Assembly (NCBI RefSeq): GCF_000143415.4 | Contig: NW_003314290.1 | Location: 1,478,454-1,542,453 of the forward strand | From: Selaginella moellendorffii | Taxonomy: Eukaryota > Plantae > Lycopodiophyta | Direction of reading: 5' to 3' | DNA length: 64,000 bases | In this document: positions 13,085-26,700 of the stretch, piece by piece | How the letters are laid out: each line of letters opens with the position of its first letter | Position numbering within the stretch: the stretch's first letter is position 1 | Made by a program: the position numbers and the translations under genes | Notes under the pieces: model-generated | Database searches by the model: none | The model's input: only the letters and a program-made list of their open reading frames with translations | Told to the model about the DNA's origin: nothing

Positions 13085-14603
13085 TTTACTAGCAGTTTAA
13101 ATTTAAATCTGTAATGTGAACTATAAGAATGTGAAAATTAACATATAACAATCTTAGTATACCCAAAATTAAGAAAGGAGGTGATCACTCCTCCCCACTC
13201 CTTTGTAATACAATAACATTTGTACCACAATTCATAAAAAGCATAAATGACTATATGATGTTTCAGCACTTATTATATGTTAGAATAGCATGTTATGATC
13301 TTGGGAAATGGGGATGCATACACTAACAACAGCTGTTACATTACTATTATAAGATAACACCTCTTTCAACATTTGCATGCTTTAGTTTCACTTAGCTAAT
13401 GATAAAAAGAAACAAAAAAAATATATTTACAAAGAGTTCAAAAAATATAAAAATGTCCATCCATCTGACATTTACTGATCCTCAAAATGTTACTGAACCA
13501 CATAAACATCTATAATCAATTTATAATGTCTGTGTTGATCATCTGGGCAACTTACTTTGAATCCCTTTGTCTCATGCTTCCATGTAAATAATATATAAAT
13601 AAATGATAAAATAGAGCATTCTTAAAATATAGTATATTCATTCATATATTAGTCTTATAGTGAAAAAGCATGAGACCATTGGATTTATGTCCGTTTAATT
13701 GAGTAAACAGAAATATTTTTTAGTTTTTAGTTTGTTGTTAGGTAGATTAGTGTAGAGTTTGAGGATATTCTATATTTTATATTGTTTTAATTAATTTAAT
13801 TATTTTTTAAAGGATTCTATTTTAAAACCTTCAAAGTTTTTGCAGCATAGCATTGTGACATACAATTATGTGAGGGTTTCCTTTTCTAATAGGATAGAAA
13901 TCTATGGTAGTCCTGAAAACCTAAATCAATATTGTTTGTTCCAATAGAAATTTAAATATATATTCATAGCTGTAGCACATATGATTATAAAATAAGATTT
14001 GGATATATTATCATTATGTACATTAAAGGATAGATAGGGATAAAATAGCTATTAAATTTTTTTTATCAAGCAATTGTGCATTTTTCAGTTGGCTTAATGG
14101 AAGAGAGATAGGGGAGCACTATATGTGGTATTGAAGTAAATGCCATGAGTTTAATTCTTATTAATTAATGATTACTTAAAATATAATATACCCTTAAGAA
14201 AGGTATATTCTTTCATTTTGTACCGTGAGACTGCAATATGAGTGAATGATTGTTTGCCTCATATAGAATAGCTGAATTGTGGGACTGCAATACAACTATA
14301 CGATCAACTTTCTCAAATATAATCCATCATGCTAAATTAGTGATAGTACATTAGTTTTTTGGGAGTTTGCTCATTGAATGTTAGAGAAGGTTGTAGCATT
14401 ACTTGATATAACTTATTAATGTATCTATTGACACTTAGAATAGAACATTAAATGGAAAAAATGTGTAGTTGAAGCATTAACATTGCTAGTATTTATGTTA
14501 GTGGATGTGGATATTAGATGATATGGAGTTTGCTTTAAAGCTTAATTTTTCATTTCATTAGTGTTTCAACTAGTGTTTGAGTTATAACAATTTAAAAGAT
14601 AAT

Positions 14604-15225
14604 TATAAATTCTTTAATCTAGACTTTTTTAAAGGTCACCCAACCCAGTACTACTCAAACCTAAGAACAAATCTTTAACCGATTAAAAAAAGAAGTGCAC
14701 TTTTATTTATATACCCTTTCCCTTTATATTTAAACCTCAATAGACTATTTTTTAAATTATTATTTTTAATTCATTAGGGTTTAAATATAAAGGGGAAAGG
14801 CTCATGAATTAAAGTACACCCTTTTTTTCAATTGATTAAGGGTTTTAAGATATATTTGAATTAAGCACTTTTAGGTTTAAATAGTACTAAGTTGAGTGAC
14901 CTTTCAAAAAGTTTAAATTTATAAACTTATATTTGGTATTAAAAGTTTCAAGTTTGTATTTGGTATTAGAAGAGTCTCAAATTTAACTCTATTAAATGGC
15001 TAAAGTGTCAAGAGAGTTTAGCTTCCATTCAATAAAATGTGAACTTACAGAGAATTATGATGGATTATAACTAACCAAGAGAACTAATTCAATCAAATAT
15101 AACAAAAGAGGGGTTATGAATAAGAATACACCTCCTAAGGGTTTTAAAATATTTGGGTTAAGTGTTGTAGGTTTGAATAGTACTACGCTAAACAAGCTTT
15201 TGGGAATTCTGAATTTTCCGTGATA
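14604..15225. mobile_element. Degenerate Cassandra-like TRIM remnants: two LTRs in inverted orientation, PBS/internal remnant and a third LTR fragment
   Basis: 14604-14755 resembles the LTR at 26631 (AGGTCACCCAACCCAGTACTACTCAAACC). 14770-14931 is the opposite orientation (GGTTTAAATAGTACTAAGTTGAGTGACCT), followed by TTTGGTATTA twice. A further LTR piece lies at about 15110-15220. Confidence 0.75.
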
Positions 15226-16164
15226 ATTTTTTGATTGGATAATTAAAGATTTTTTGTGATGGTTCATTATTTTATTTTATGCCTTTTACTTTTCATATTA
15301 CCATATATTCTTTATGATTTGCTTTGGATTAATTTCTTGGGTTTGAAATATCAATAAAATGTTGCTAATACTTGTTTTAACAACTTTAATTCTTTAGAAT
15401 TGTTAACTAGAGATTGGATGGTCTGATGATTAGTATATCTCCTATAACATTCATTTAGGATGTGTTGATTATTACTAAATTTGATTTTGATAGATTAAAA
15501 TTATATTTCCTTTAGGTAATACATTCATAAGTATTTTACATTTTAGGCAATTATACTTTGTGTTATGTGAACTATCTTTGATAAGTTTCTTAGCATACTA
15601 TCTACAATATTTAGTAGATAGGCTTTATAATTTATTTTCTTGATGATATGCTTACTTTTGAATTTTGTTGGCTGGTTAATCTTATGTCTTCAAATTATGA
15701 TGATCTTAGTGGTTCTTATTCTATATTGATTTATCAAATGGATTGGAATAATTTTATGTTTTAATCTAATATTTATTCATTGATAATTCAATATCTCTAA
15801 GATATATTTTACTATAAAGATGAATATACTACATACTCATACTTCTTGCAAGGATTCACTACAACAATATATCATACTCATCTAAAGAGAAATAGGAAAT
15901 AAATAAACAATTTATTTTTCTTTAAATATTTAAGTAGATTACAAATGTTATAAAATGCTTTTGTAATACATATGAATATAGAGGTGAATTTCAAAGCAGT
16001 TACACTATGAAATGAGGGTCCAATACACATTCAATATCCTTTATAACCACCAACTTTTCATATCCAGCTTTTACATGCAAAACAATGTCAAACAGTATTT
16101 AGCACAATCTTGACATATCAGTGGTGAAATGCAAGGAGAAAGATACCCCACCAACTAAAGCAAT

Positions 16165-16575
16165 ATAGAACTTGGGTCTAAATTTAAGCCAAACACAAAA
16201 CAAGGAGTGATATAGTATAGTACTAGTTAAACTAATATCTAAGGTGGTTAATTATACTTCCAACCATCCCTACTATACATTTGGAACACACCCCCCCCCC
16301 CCCCCAAAATAACGCATGCTTTTAGGGCTTTCAACTCAACCTTAATAGTTAGTCTCTAAAACAAGCTTAAAACTTAAAAATTTACTAAATATGGAATGGT
16401 ATTAGATTGCAAATTAGGACACAAAAATAATACTATAGAGTTCAAAACACTCTTTACATTCTGTAGCTATGTCTTTCAAGTAGATTTAGACACTTATCAT
16501 AAATAGTATATAGAACCAAAACAAAACCAATACATGGGGCATGATATTGAAAGTGCTTTGGTAAATATAATAAAC
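16165..16575. mobile_element. Degenerate LTR fragment of the same family as the 17603-33830 element
   Basis: Shares CCCTACTATACATTT-GGAAC-polyC-GGGCTTTCA...GTTAGTCTCT...TTACTAAATAT...GGGCATGATA with 18030-18430. Confidence 0.75.
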
Positions 16576-16590
16576 TATCATGTAGTGATA

Positions 16591-16905
16591 TTAAGGGACT
16601 AAACTCATTACATGAAAGTTCTTGTCCTTAGTACGAGTCTTAAAGGTTGTCTTCTCCACATCTTGATCTGCCACCCATATCTGATGATACCCAGACCGCA
16701 AATCAAGTTGTGTAAAATATTTAACCTTTAAGAGTTGGTCAAATAAGTCATCAATGCGAGGCAAAGGATAACTATTTTTGACTGTGATATTGTTAAGTAC
16801 TCGATAATCAATACACATCCTCATGGTTCCATCCTTTTTCATAACAAAAAGGACTGATGCTCCATAAGGTGACTTACTTGATCGGATATGACCTTTGTCA
16901 AGAAG
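16591..16905 (-). pseudogene. Ty3/gypsy reverse transcriptase fragment
   Basis: [58 protein letters not shown]...[10 protein letters not shown]; truncated on both sides. Confidence 0.9.
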
Positions 16906-17210
16906 CACTTATCTATTCTTGACTCTCGAGACACTTCCCTATTCCTAACTCTTTGATTTCCCATACAATTCCTGAGTCTCGAGCCACATTCCTGATGATG
17001 ATGTGGTGCCTCCTCGACCTCAGCTATATTTAGGCCATCCTCGATCCAAGAGTGGTGGAGTTTCATCAACCTATAGTATATATAAATTAGCCTTGTTCCA
17101 TTTCTCCACAATCTGAATCAACACCAGTCTAAGGCCTCTTCTTCGTTTCCACTAGTTTTTCTCTTTGTCTTTTGCATTTTTCAGTCTTGATCTTATTGGG
17201 GGTCTTGACA
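16905..17210 (+). mobile_element. Truncated LTR of the chromovirus family at 23338-29487, in opposite orientation
   Basis: Reverse complement of the 29101-29410 sequence, ending ...GGGGGTCTTGACA at 17210. Confidence 0.88.
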
Positions 17211-17602
17211 AAAGTAATAAGAGCATTTTATTCAATAATGGAGTGCTCACTAGGATAAGATATTAAGATATTAAGATATTTTTTAGCTTTTTATTTGACA
17301 TGTTTATCTTTTTTTTACATTTGTTTTAGGTCTAATATCAAGCTCCATACCATGCTACCTAATGGAGTGCCTGTATCCTCACATTAAACTACTAATATGC
17401 TGAAATAATATTAAACTCTATTTTATATGTTAATTTTGGCATCAGGATGTTAAATGCTGTAGGATTATTTCAATATTGCTCCATGCTTTTGTACTATTGC
17501 TCCTTTCAAATTTTAAAAAGACTTTAAACTCTAAAACACTTAATTAGACTCTAAATTGTATTATGTATAATCAAAAGCTTCAAAGTATAACTTTGAAAGA
17601 GT

Positions 17603-18744
17603 TGTATCATATGTGGTTTTTACCCTCTATCCTATGGTGATTTACCATAGGATAACACCACGAAGCAGAACCTAAACCCTCTTTGTGCCATGTGACAGAT
17701 GCCATGTGTCATATACCACGTGTCCAAAGGAACATGGTGTGGAACCCGAGGTTCAGGGCCTTGGGCCACTGAATGAAGAAATGGTGTCAAATTCCTAAAC
17801 ATGCAGCCAAGGAGTGATGGAACCGGACCACGGAGCAACTCCTGAGCATATAGCCCAAAGAGCAAAGGGATAAAAGCCCAGAGCGACTTGGAACAATCCT
17901 AGAGTAACCAACATCCCAATGCTAGGACCAGCACGCAAAATGGAGCCAAACAGAGTTTGGCGCTATTTTAGCATACTGGTGGCCTAACACGAGGATATGG
18001 GTACTCCACCAGCTAGCATGGAATGGCACTTGGGCTTAGACCCAAGTCGGACGCAAAACAAAGATAGACATGCAAGCGGGAGTTAGACTATGCCTCAAGT
18101 TGGTCGGCCATGCTCGACCTACCCACTATCCCTACTATACATTTAGAACCCCCCATAGCCCCCCCCTTGAGGAACACACGCTTTGGGCTTTCACCCCAAG
18201 CCTCCCTTAGTATCAAGAGTTAGTCTCTGGGACAAGCTCGAAACTTACTAAATATAGAATGTCCCTAAATTGCGAATTTGGACACGGGACGAACACCATT
18301 GTGTTCAAAACAATCTCTACATTCCGTAGATATGCCAAATGAGCAAATCAAGACACTTTCCATAAATAACATTTGAGACCGAATTGAGACTAACACAAAG
18401 GGCATGATAGTGAGGGTGTTTGGCAGACACAATAAGCTATTATTTAGCGAATATTGAGGGATCAATTTCAATATCGCGGGGGTTCTTGATACTAACAAGT
18501 GCAAGCCAATGACAAGAGTTTCTCAAACCAGGCCGAGTATGCTCAGCAAGAAACATATAGGGTTCCTACCTTATGTTTATCCGATTTAAGTACATAGTCA
18601 TTGATCATTTTCTTAACTAGCCCAAGTGGGAACTAATAACGGGCCCAGGAATACCAACCTCTTGCCGTCGTGGTAGTAAGGAAAAAATATCTGAAAGAAT
18701 TAACCAATAGGTAACTTTCAATACCTGAAGTCATATTTGCGACA
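17603..18744 (-). repeat. 3' LTR (~1.14 kb) of the large element
   Basis: Collinear with 32814-33830 and with the reverse complement of 32306-32454. Confidence 0.9.
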
Positions 18745-21227
18745 CTCTCCCCCCCTAGGGAAGATTGACGTCCTCGTCGATGCACACTCGAGTCTAGACC
18801 ACCGGCAAGGAAACAACCCTAGAAAAAGTTCACGGTGATCACACTATATGAGAAATGCACCAACTTAAATGAGTTAGGGTAACCTTTTTGTCTAACGTAG
18901 ATGCACTACCCACTCAAACACTTTACGGCCATTGTTGATAAAGAAATGACCAACAGAGTCAGCAACCCTTGCTATTCTAGGTGTCACCCAACTTACAAAA
19001 GTGTGATACACCCCTGCCCACAGGGATATAGAGAAAGAACCCAAAGGCCCCAACCCTTTTGAGCAAAGAAACCAAACCCATCTGTAAGGTCTAGATGGAC
19101 TACTATAAATAGGCAGTTAGAGTTGTTTACACGGTCATGCCCTTTTAATGTAATAAGGAACATTGATAGAGAGGCAAGTTATGTGACCAGTCGACAGTAG
19201 CTACCCCATGATTAGAGATTTCACCATGCACACGAAGTGCCGAAGCTAGTCTGCCTATACTGGCCCTAAGCCCTAAACTCAAACATCAATAGATGGATAA
19301 TATCAAAGTCATAAACAATGATATCTTAGAGACTTAATTACCAGTGATTAAATCTTAGATTAGAAGACAAAAGTATTCCAAATAAGTTATCATCCGATAA
19401 ACCAATATGATAGTATAAGAACCACCAAGATCAGCATAATTGGTAAATATAGGAATCACTATCCAACAAAACTCAATAATGAAACTTAACTATCAAAGAT
19501 GGTAGATAATATGCCAAACAACTTACGAAAGAGAACTCAAAGAACACAAAATATCATTGACTAGCAAGCAAAATGCTTGTGAATATATCACTCATAGGAA
19601 ATAACATCCCAATCTATCAAAGCTAACCCAAACAATAATCAACAAAACAGAATGAATGTGGTAAGAACAACAAACACCCATTCAAGTCAACTATCACAGA
19701 AGCTAATTTGAATAGATCCTGGTCAACAATACCAAAGAACCAAAGTTGTTCAAACAAGTGTCAGCATCATCCTACTAATGTCTCAAACCCAAGAGACCAA
19801 TCCAAAGCAAACCACAAAAAAAAAGCATGTGGTATTGTGAAAAGCCATAAGCTATCAAAGAGAACAACTAACCATCATGAAAGATCATCAATCATTCTAT
19901 CAAAAAGAGATACATAATCATTGTCGAAAAAGAAATCTACTATCCCGAAGAACAGCGAATCATTCTAGATCAACAATAATCAAGCAAAACCACTAACAAG
20001 GATAATCAACTATCCTAGATGACAGTCAATCATCATTAATGATTGCTAGATGCAAATACTAACTTCAACATCGAAACTAAAAAGCCAAAATGCCTTCCCC
20101 AACAGCTTCTAATAAATTCATGGTACACCCTACAATAACCTCTTTAACACATCCATAACCTAAACTTCACAATGCAAGCTAATAAAGAGCATATTTACAT
20201 TAATCCAAAAGCCAAGCATAATGGAGTTATGTGTAAGCGACTAATTTTTCCATTCTACTTTAGTCACTTAACCGCACTTCTGACCACTTGGAGGAGTCTC
20301 ATTCACAACCTCCCTAAGTCCCATTCAGAACTTGCGGCTTGCTAGCCCCGCGAATGGCATCCATGCCACTCAACTTTTGCACTTGGCCCAAGTGCTCCAT
20401 GTGTCCGATCCCATGACCGACACCCCAAGGTACCACTGACATACCAGCCCGTTACGCTAGGCCATGCCCATTCACCTTGGTCACATCGGTGGTCCAACAC
20501 CACCTGCATTACAATCCCGTCTCTCAAAGACTAGGCCATCCATCCATGAGTGGCTATCCCAGATCCACTCCATAGCATCCTCAGGATGCCTGTAGACATG
20601 GGGAATAGCCTTCCCCAATGTCTCCTTTCCGGTCCCCGCCAAGTCCCTTCCTGTCCATGGCCGTGTTCACCAACACTGCCACTGGATCAAGGCCCACAGG
20701 CCTGACCACTAAGTCCAACTGTCCTCTAGGACTTCCTTACTGTGTGACTGTGTCCCTTGTCACCACACTAGAGGGCTACTCCTCTTCCTTTCCATAGTCT
20801 AGGACTTTAGGCCAACATTTCGGAACACCATGGCCTTATGCAAGCCTCATGGGTACTCTCCCCACCTCTTGCCTTTTGGTGCTCTAACCATGGGCTTAGA
20901 GCGAGGTTCCGTTGAGCCACACTAGGTATCCAAGTAGGTAGTGCCACCCACACTTGGACTGGGAGCATCGGCCAGTCGATCTCCCGGGGGAACTAAAGTC
21001 GGCTCTTGAACACTTCACCAAGCTACCCCGCTTGTCAGTCTGTGTTCACTCTAGTCTTGGACTTCACAGTGGGTAGCTCATCACCCAACACTGGGTCCAG
21101 CCTTCCTGGGCCAAACTGGCCTTTCCTGGCCAAATTGGCTCCACTGCAGTCCTCCCCTTATTATACTTTTGGAGCTCACCAAACCCCCCAGGGTCTGGGA
21201 GACAAACACTTTGGGCTTTCACCCTCT

Positions 21228-21862
21228 CAGACTCGAACTCGGACTCGGCCTCGAACTCGGACTCGGACTTGGACTTGGACTCAGACTCGGACTCAGGCTC
21301 GGGCTCGGGTTCGGGCTTGGTCTCGGTCTCGGTCCCGATCTCGGTCTCAGTCTCGGTCCTGGTCTCGGTCTTGGTCTCGACTTCGGACTCCATCTCGGGT
21401 CCATCTCGGACTCCATCTCGGACTCCATCTCGGGTCCATCTCGGGTCCATCTCAGACTCCATCTCGGACTCCACCTCGGACTCCATCTCGGGTCCTTCTC
21501 GGACTCTATCTTGGACTCCATCTCGGGTCCATCTCGAGTCCCATCTCGGGTCCATCTCGGGTCCATCTTGGACTCCATCTCGGACTCCATCTCAGGTCCA
21601 TCTCAGACTCCATCTTGGACTCCATCTCGGGTCCATCTCGAGTCCCATGTCGGGTCCATCTCGGGTCCATCTCGGACTCCATCTCAGACTCCATCTCGGG
21701 TCCATCTCGGACTCCATCTCGGGTTCATCTCGAACTCCATCTTGGACTCCATCTCGGGTCCATCTCGGACTCCATCTCGGATCCATCTCGGGTCCACCTC
21801 GGACTCCACCTCGAGGTCCTTCTCGGACTCCACTTCGGACTCCAACTCGGGTCCATCTCGGA
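21228..21862. repeat. Tandem array: GGACTC/GGTCTC hexamers grading into 12/11-mers GGACTCCATCTC / GGGTCCATCTC
   Basis: Directly visible; gives spurious low-complexity ORFs in most frames. Confidence 0.95.
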
Positions 21863-23727
21863 CACTTTCACATGTCATGTATTGGTCCTTTTGGGTCCCT
21901 TTTTGGAGCCTCGCATATTGCTCTCTTTGTGCTTGTTCCTTGAGCACTTCGTTGGGAGTTCCACTCCCGCTCTCAACCTTTCAAGGCGGAGCTTTTAGTC
22001 TAAACGTGTTACGCTCGTTTGGCTTTCGCTTTGGCCACTACTACGTGGCGCCCCTCCGGCTCCACTTTGGGATTTTGTGTCTCACATTATGCTCAACAAG
22101 TGATCACTAAATGATCCTCCATGAATCCATCTATAGTAAGATGTAACTCACTTCATAACAAGCACAAGAAAAATCATCAATGATCAATATATTCAACTCA
22201 AATCTAATAAGGATTCAATCACTTCAATACCAATCACTAACTCTTCCTTTTATAAAGCTAGTATGGTTCACAACTAAATCACTTTTCAAGGAAAAGCCAA
22301 AGCTCAGCCCTTTACTAAATAAAAACGTCTAGAACACAAATAACTCAAACTTGCCACTCAATTCGTTTGAACATCAACATAGTTGCTAACTAGCAAATGC
22401 ACGAATGCCAATAACACAAAGCCATAACCAAATCATCAACACTATCTTCATCAAGACTAATGAAACTCAATGTCAATCCTAAAGAGAAACATCTCATCTC
22501 ATTTGAATCTCAACATCAATAATGTCAACGACAAGGCATCACTTAAATGCCATTAGCACCAGAATAAAGCTAAAATAAAATAAGAGTGAATCACCACTCA
22601 AAGCTCTCTAGCAACTCAGCTAACCAAAATCAAAGATACTATACTTAGTATTTAATACCAATTCTTCAACAATACTCAGTTATAGATAACACATCATCAA
22701 AAAGTGATTCACCACATCTAAGACTTAATGAAATCCAACACCATGAACTAAATACAACCAAATGATATCAACAAAGGTAGAATTGATATACCAAGATGGA
22801 AAACCCATGAAAGTCTAACGACACAACACCATCTGGTAAAGTAAACCCATCACTAATAAATCTTCATCAAGTGAAGCAAGTGTTAACAATCCTCGACTAA
22901 GTTTACAAGTAATCACTAGTTGCAAAGCAACCAACAATCACACTTCAACTTGCCTTCACAAGACCCAACACTAAACTCTTGTCATCAAGTTATATACTTG
23001 TTCAACATGAATATAATACCTCATATACGAGATAAAGGTTCATAGACAAGCACAAACTAAATGACCACTCAAATCTAACTCAACTGCAATAAGCTCATTA
23101 ATGCATTTAACCAATAGCTTTAAGCATGCCTTGAAGAGGCTAGCTATGCATGATCAACACTCAATTGAAACTAAAGTGAAGACCATGAGATAGACTCATA
23201 TCAGTACACAACCTCCTCATAGACAAAACTATAGTACGGGTATCAACATCTTGACCTTAAACAATTAAGTTGGACATCACTATCCTCAGCCAAGGTGTAA
23301 GGCCACCAAGATCAAGTCAAGATTAGTGAGAGCTCACTGTCAAGACCCCCAACAAGATCAAGACTGAAAAATGTAGAAAACAAAAAGAAAAGCTAGTGGA
23401 AATGAAGAAGAAGCCTTAGATTAGCGTTGATTCAGATTGTGGAGAAATGGAATAAAGCAAACCTATATATACTATAGGTTGATGAAGCTTCACCACTCTT
23501 GGATCGAGGATGGCCTAAATATAGCTGAGGTCGCCATGTCATCATTAGGAATATGGCTCGAGACTCAGGAATCATATGGGAAATCAAAGAGTCAGGAATA
23601 GGGAAGTGTCTCGAGAGTCAAGAATAGGGAAGTGTCTCGAGAATCAGGAATGTGGTCTACAAGTCAGGAATCCAACGAGATTCAGGAATGTGGCAAGAAT
23701 TGGGGGATTCCTGATAGCACCCCCTCC

Positions 23728-26700
23728 TCAAGAATGAGTGGAATGAGGACATGAATGAGAACAAAGAGGAGGATGAGATGGGCGGCGAGGGACGGGAGAT
23801 GGAGAATGAGGATTGGGACGAGAAGGATAGCGGCAGTGGAAGTCTTGAACAATGTCAGGAGAATAAATCAAGTTTTCCATAGGTTCCCAAGTGCGTTCCT
23901 CAGGTCCATAACCCTTCCAGTCTACCAGATAGTAGAGTTTAGACCGTGAGATCTTGGAATCAAGGATGTCCTGAACCTCGTACTCAGACCCATCCTCAAG
24001 CTGCACTGGTGGAGGTAGAGGAATGACCCGATTTGAAATAGGACTAGGAATATAAGGCTCAAGGAGAGAGGAGTGAAAAACGGGGTGAATGTGATATGAA
24101 GAGGGAAGTGCAAGGCGATAAATGACAGGATTAATGATGGCAGTGATAGGGAAAGGACCGAGGCATTTGAAATCGAGTTTGGGACATGGCCTGGGGGTGG
24201 AGATATTTTGCCTAAGGAGCTAGACTTTATCCCCGATATTGTAAGGGGGACAATCCTGACGATGGACATTGGTAAATGTTTTATGAGATTCTTGAGCATG
24301 ATGGAGGTGGAAGGAGATGGAGTTGTGGATTTCCTAGAGGTTGGAGACAAATGCCTCAGAGCGGGGATTTGAACGAGAGGATTCGGATGGAGAAGGAAGT
24401 GAGAGATTGAATCAGGGATTTCGGCCAGAGTTTGCAAAGAAGGGGGAAACTCAAAGGGAGGAGTGAACAGAATTGTTGTAGGAGAACTCAGCAAGGGGAA
24501 GGATATTGAACTAGTCATCCTGATGATAGTTGATGAAACACCTCAGGAATTGTTCCAACGTCTAAATCGTTCTCTCGGACTGTCCATCAGTTTGAGGATG
24601 ATACGCCAAAGAGAGGTTAGCCTTCACTCCAAGCAACTGCAAGAACCATTGCCAGAAATGAGAGATGAACTAAGGTCCCCGATCCGAAACCACATCTGCA
24701 AGAATCCCATGAAGTTGGAAAATTTCCCTAAATACCAGTTTTGCCATGTCCTCGCTCGAAAACTCCTTGGTACAAGGTAGAAAGTGCGCCATCTTTGTGA
24801 AGCAATCTACCACGACTAAAATGCTGTTGAAGCTTCTAGAACTTGAAAGATCACTCAAGAAATCCATGGAGATGGATTCCTAAGGACTTGAAGTGACCGG
24901 GAGGGAACGAAGCAAACCTGAAGGAAGGTGGCGAGGTACCTTATTCTGGGCATAAGTGTCATAGGAGGTAACAAAAGCTTTGATGTAGTCGTCCATATGA
25001 GGCCACCAAAAGTCCCATGCAACTAGCTCATAGGTTTTTGCAATGCCGAAATGACCAACAGTCGAGCTATTGTGGCATGCCATCAGGACCAACCTTTGAG
25101 CATCACCTTCAGGAACATAAAGCTGCTCCCCACGGTACAACAAGCCATCTAAGAACTCGAACTCGTCAAATCACCGGCAGTTGGGAGTCACTGGGTGTCC
25201 AGCCTGAAGATGGGGGAAAATGTCATTGGCGAGGTCGTCGGATTGAAGATCGTTTCTAATCGCATCCATCAAGGAGGAGTCTTGAGGGGCCAGGGAAATT
25301 GCCATAACTTGAAGCCGATCAGGACTGAGGATAACCTAATCCTGTTGATCGAAGGCAGGATTACCAGGCCTGAGACTGAGACTGGAGTGCCTTGAAAGAG
25401 CATTAGGAAGGCATTAAAGCTTTCCAGGTCTATACTTGATAACAAAGTCAAACCGACTCAAGAATTATGCCCACCTTGCTTGACTACGGCTCAAAACTCA
25501 AGAAGTGGCAAAGTACTCGAGATTTTTGTGATCCATCAAGATCGTTGTTTGATGGCTCACCCCCTCCAAGAAACGACGCCACTCTCCCACAATGGCAAGG
25601 AGCTCCTTCTCGTGTATTTCGTAATTGATCTCTGCAGGCTGGAATTTCCAAGAATGGAAAGCAACCGGCTGAAATTCTTGATCCGCTCCAAGTTGAGACA
25701 GCACAGTGCCGATGGCAAAGTTGGAGGCATCAGCCTCGATGAAGAAAGGTTATGAGGGAGCAGCGTGGATCAAGACGGGAGCAAAACTGAAGGCCACCTT
25801 GAGTGTGTCGAAGGCCTACTGAGCAGCAGTAGACCAAGAGAAGGAAACATCCTTGTGAGTGAGATCCGTAAGAGGAAGGACAATGTCAGAGAGGTGATCA
25901 ATGAATTTGTGGTAGAAGTTGGTGAAGCCAAGGAAAACCTAAATGTCCGACATTGATTGTGGAGGCTCCCATTCGAAAATAGTCTTGACTTTGGCAAGAT
26001 CCATCATGATACCTACATGAGTGACAATGTACCCAAGGAACTCCACAGACTTCTGATCGAAGGAACTTTTCTCAAGTTTTGCTTATAGGCCGTGTTCCCA
26101 TAGCTTTGCCAACACCTTGCGCATATACTCATCGTGCTCCTCCTGAGTTTTTGAGTAGATGAGGACGTCGTCGAGGTAGACGATCACCATCTGATCAAGA
26201 AACTCTTGAAAGACACCGTTCGCCATGTGTTGGAAAACTGCTGGAGCATTTGTCAAGCAAAATGGCATGACAGTGTACTCGAAGTGGCCATAGTAGGTTC
26301 GGAACGCAGTCTTCCATTCATTGCCAGGCCGAATCCAGATCAGGTTGTATGCTTCACAGAGGTCGATCTTGGTGAAGAAGCGGGCACCACCAAGGCGTTC
26401 CAATAGGTCCAAGATCAGGGGCAGTAGATAACAGTTCCAAATAGTCACCTTGTTCAAACCTCGGTAGTCGATGACTAGCTGTAAACTCCCATCCTTCTTC
26501 TTGACAAAGAAGACAGGTGCTCCAGCTGGGGACTGTGAATGCTGAATGTACCCAGAGGCAAGGTTCTCATCCACGTACTCTTTGAGGGCCTTAAGCTCGG
26601 ACAGGGATAACCCGTAGATAGGCCCCCACGTGTAAAGCTCCTGAGTTTGGACTTCTCGGGAGGTCACCCAGCCCAGTACTATTCAAACCCAAGGACGCTT

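Noticed and set aside
21380-21862. CRISPR-like regular repeats
   Set aside because: No unique spacers, no cas genes, eukaryotic context.
21006-22110. Overlapping 200-330 aa ORFs with RS, GL and DSISGP repeats
   Set aside because: Produced by a stop-free tandem repeat; open in most frames, so no evidence of coding.
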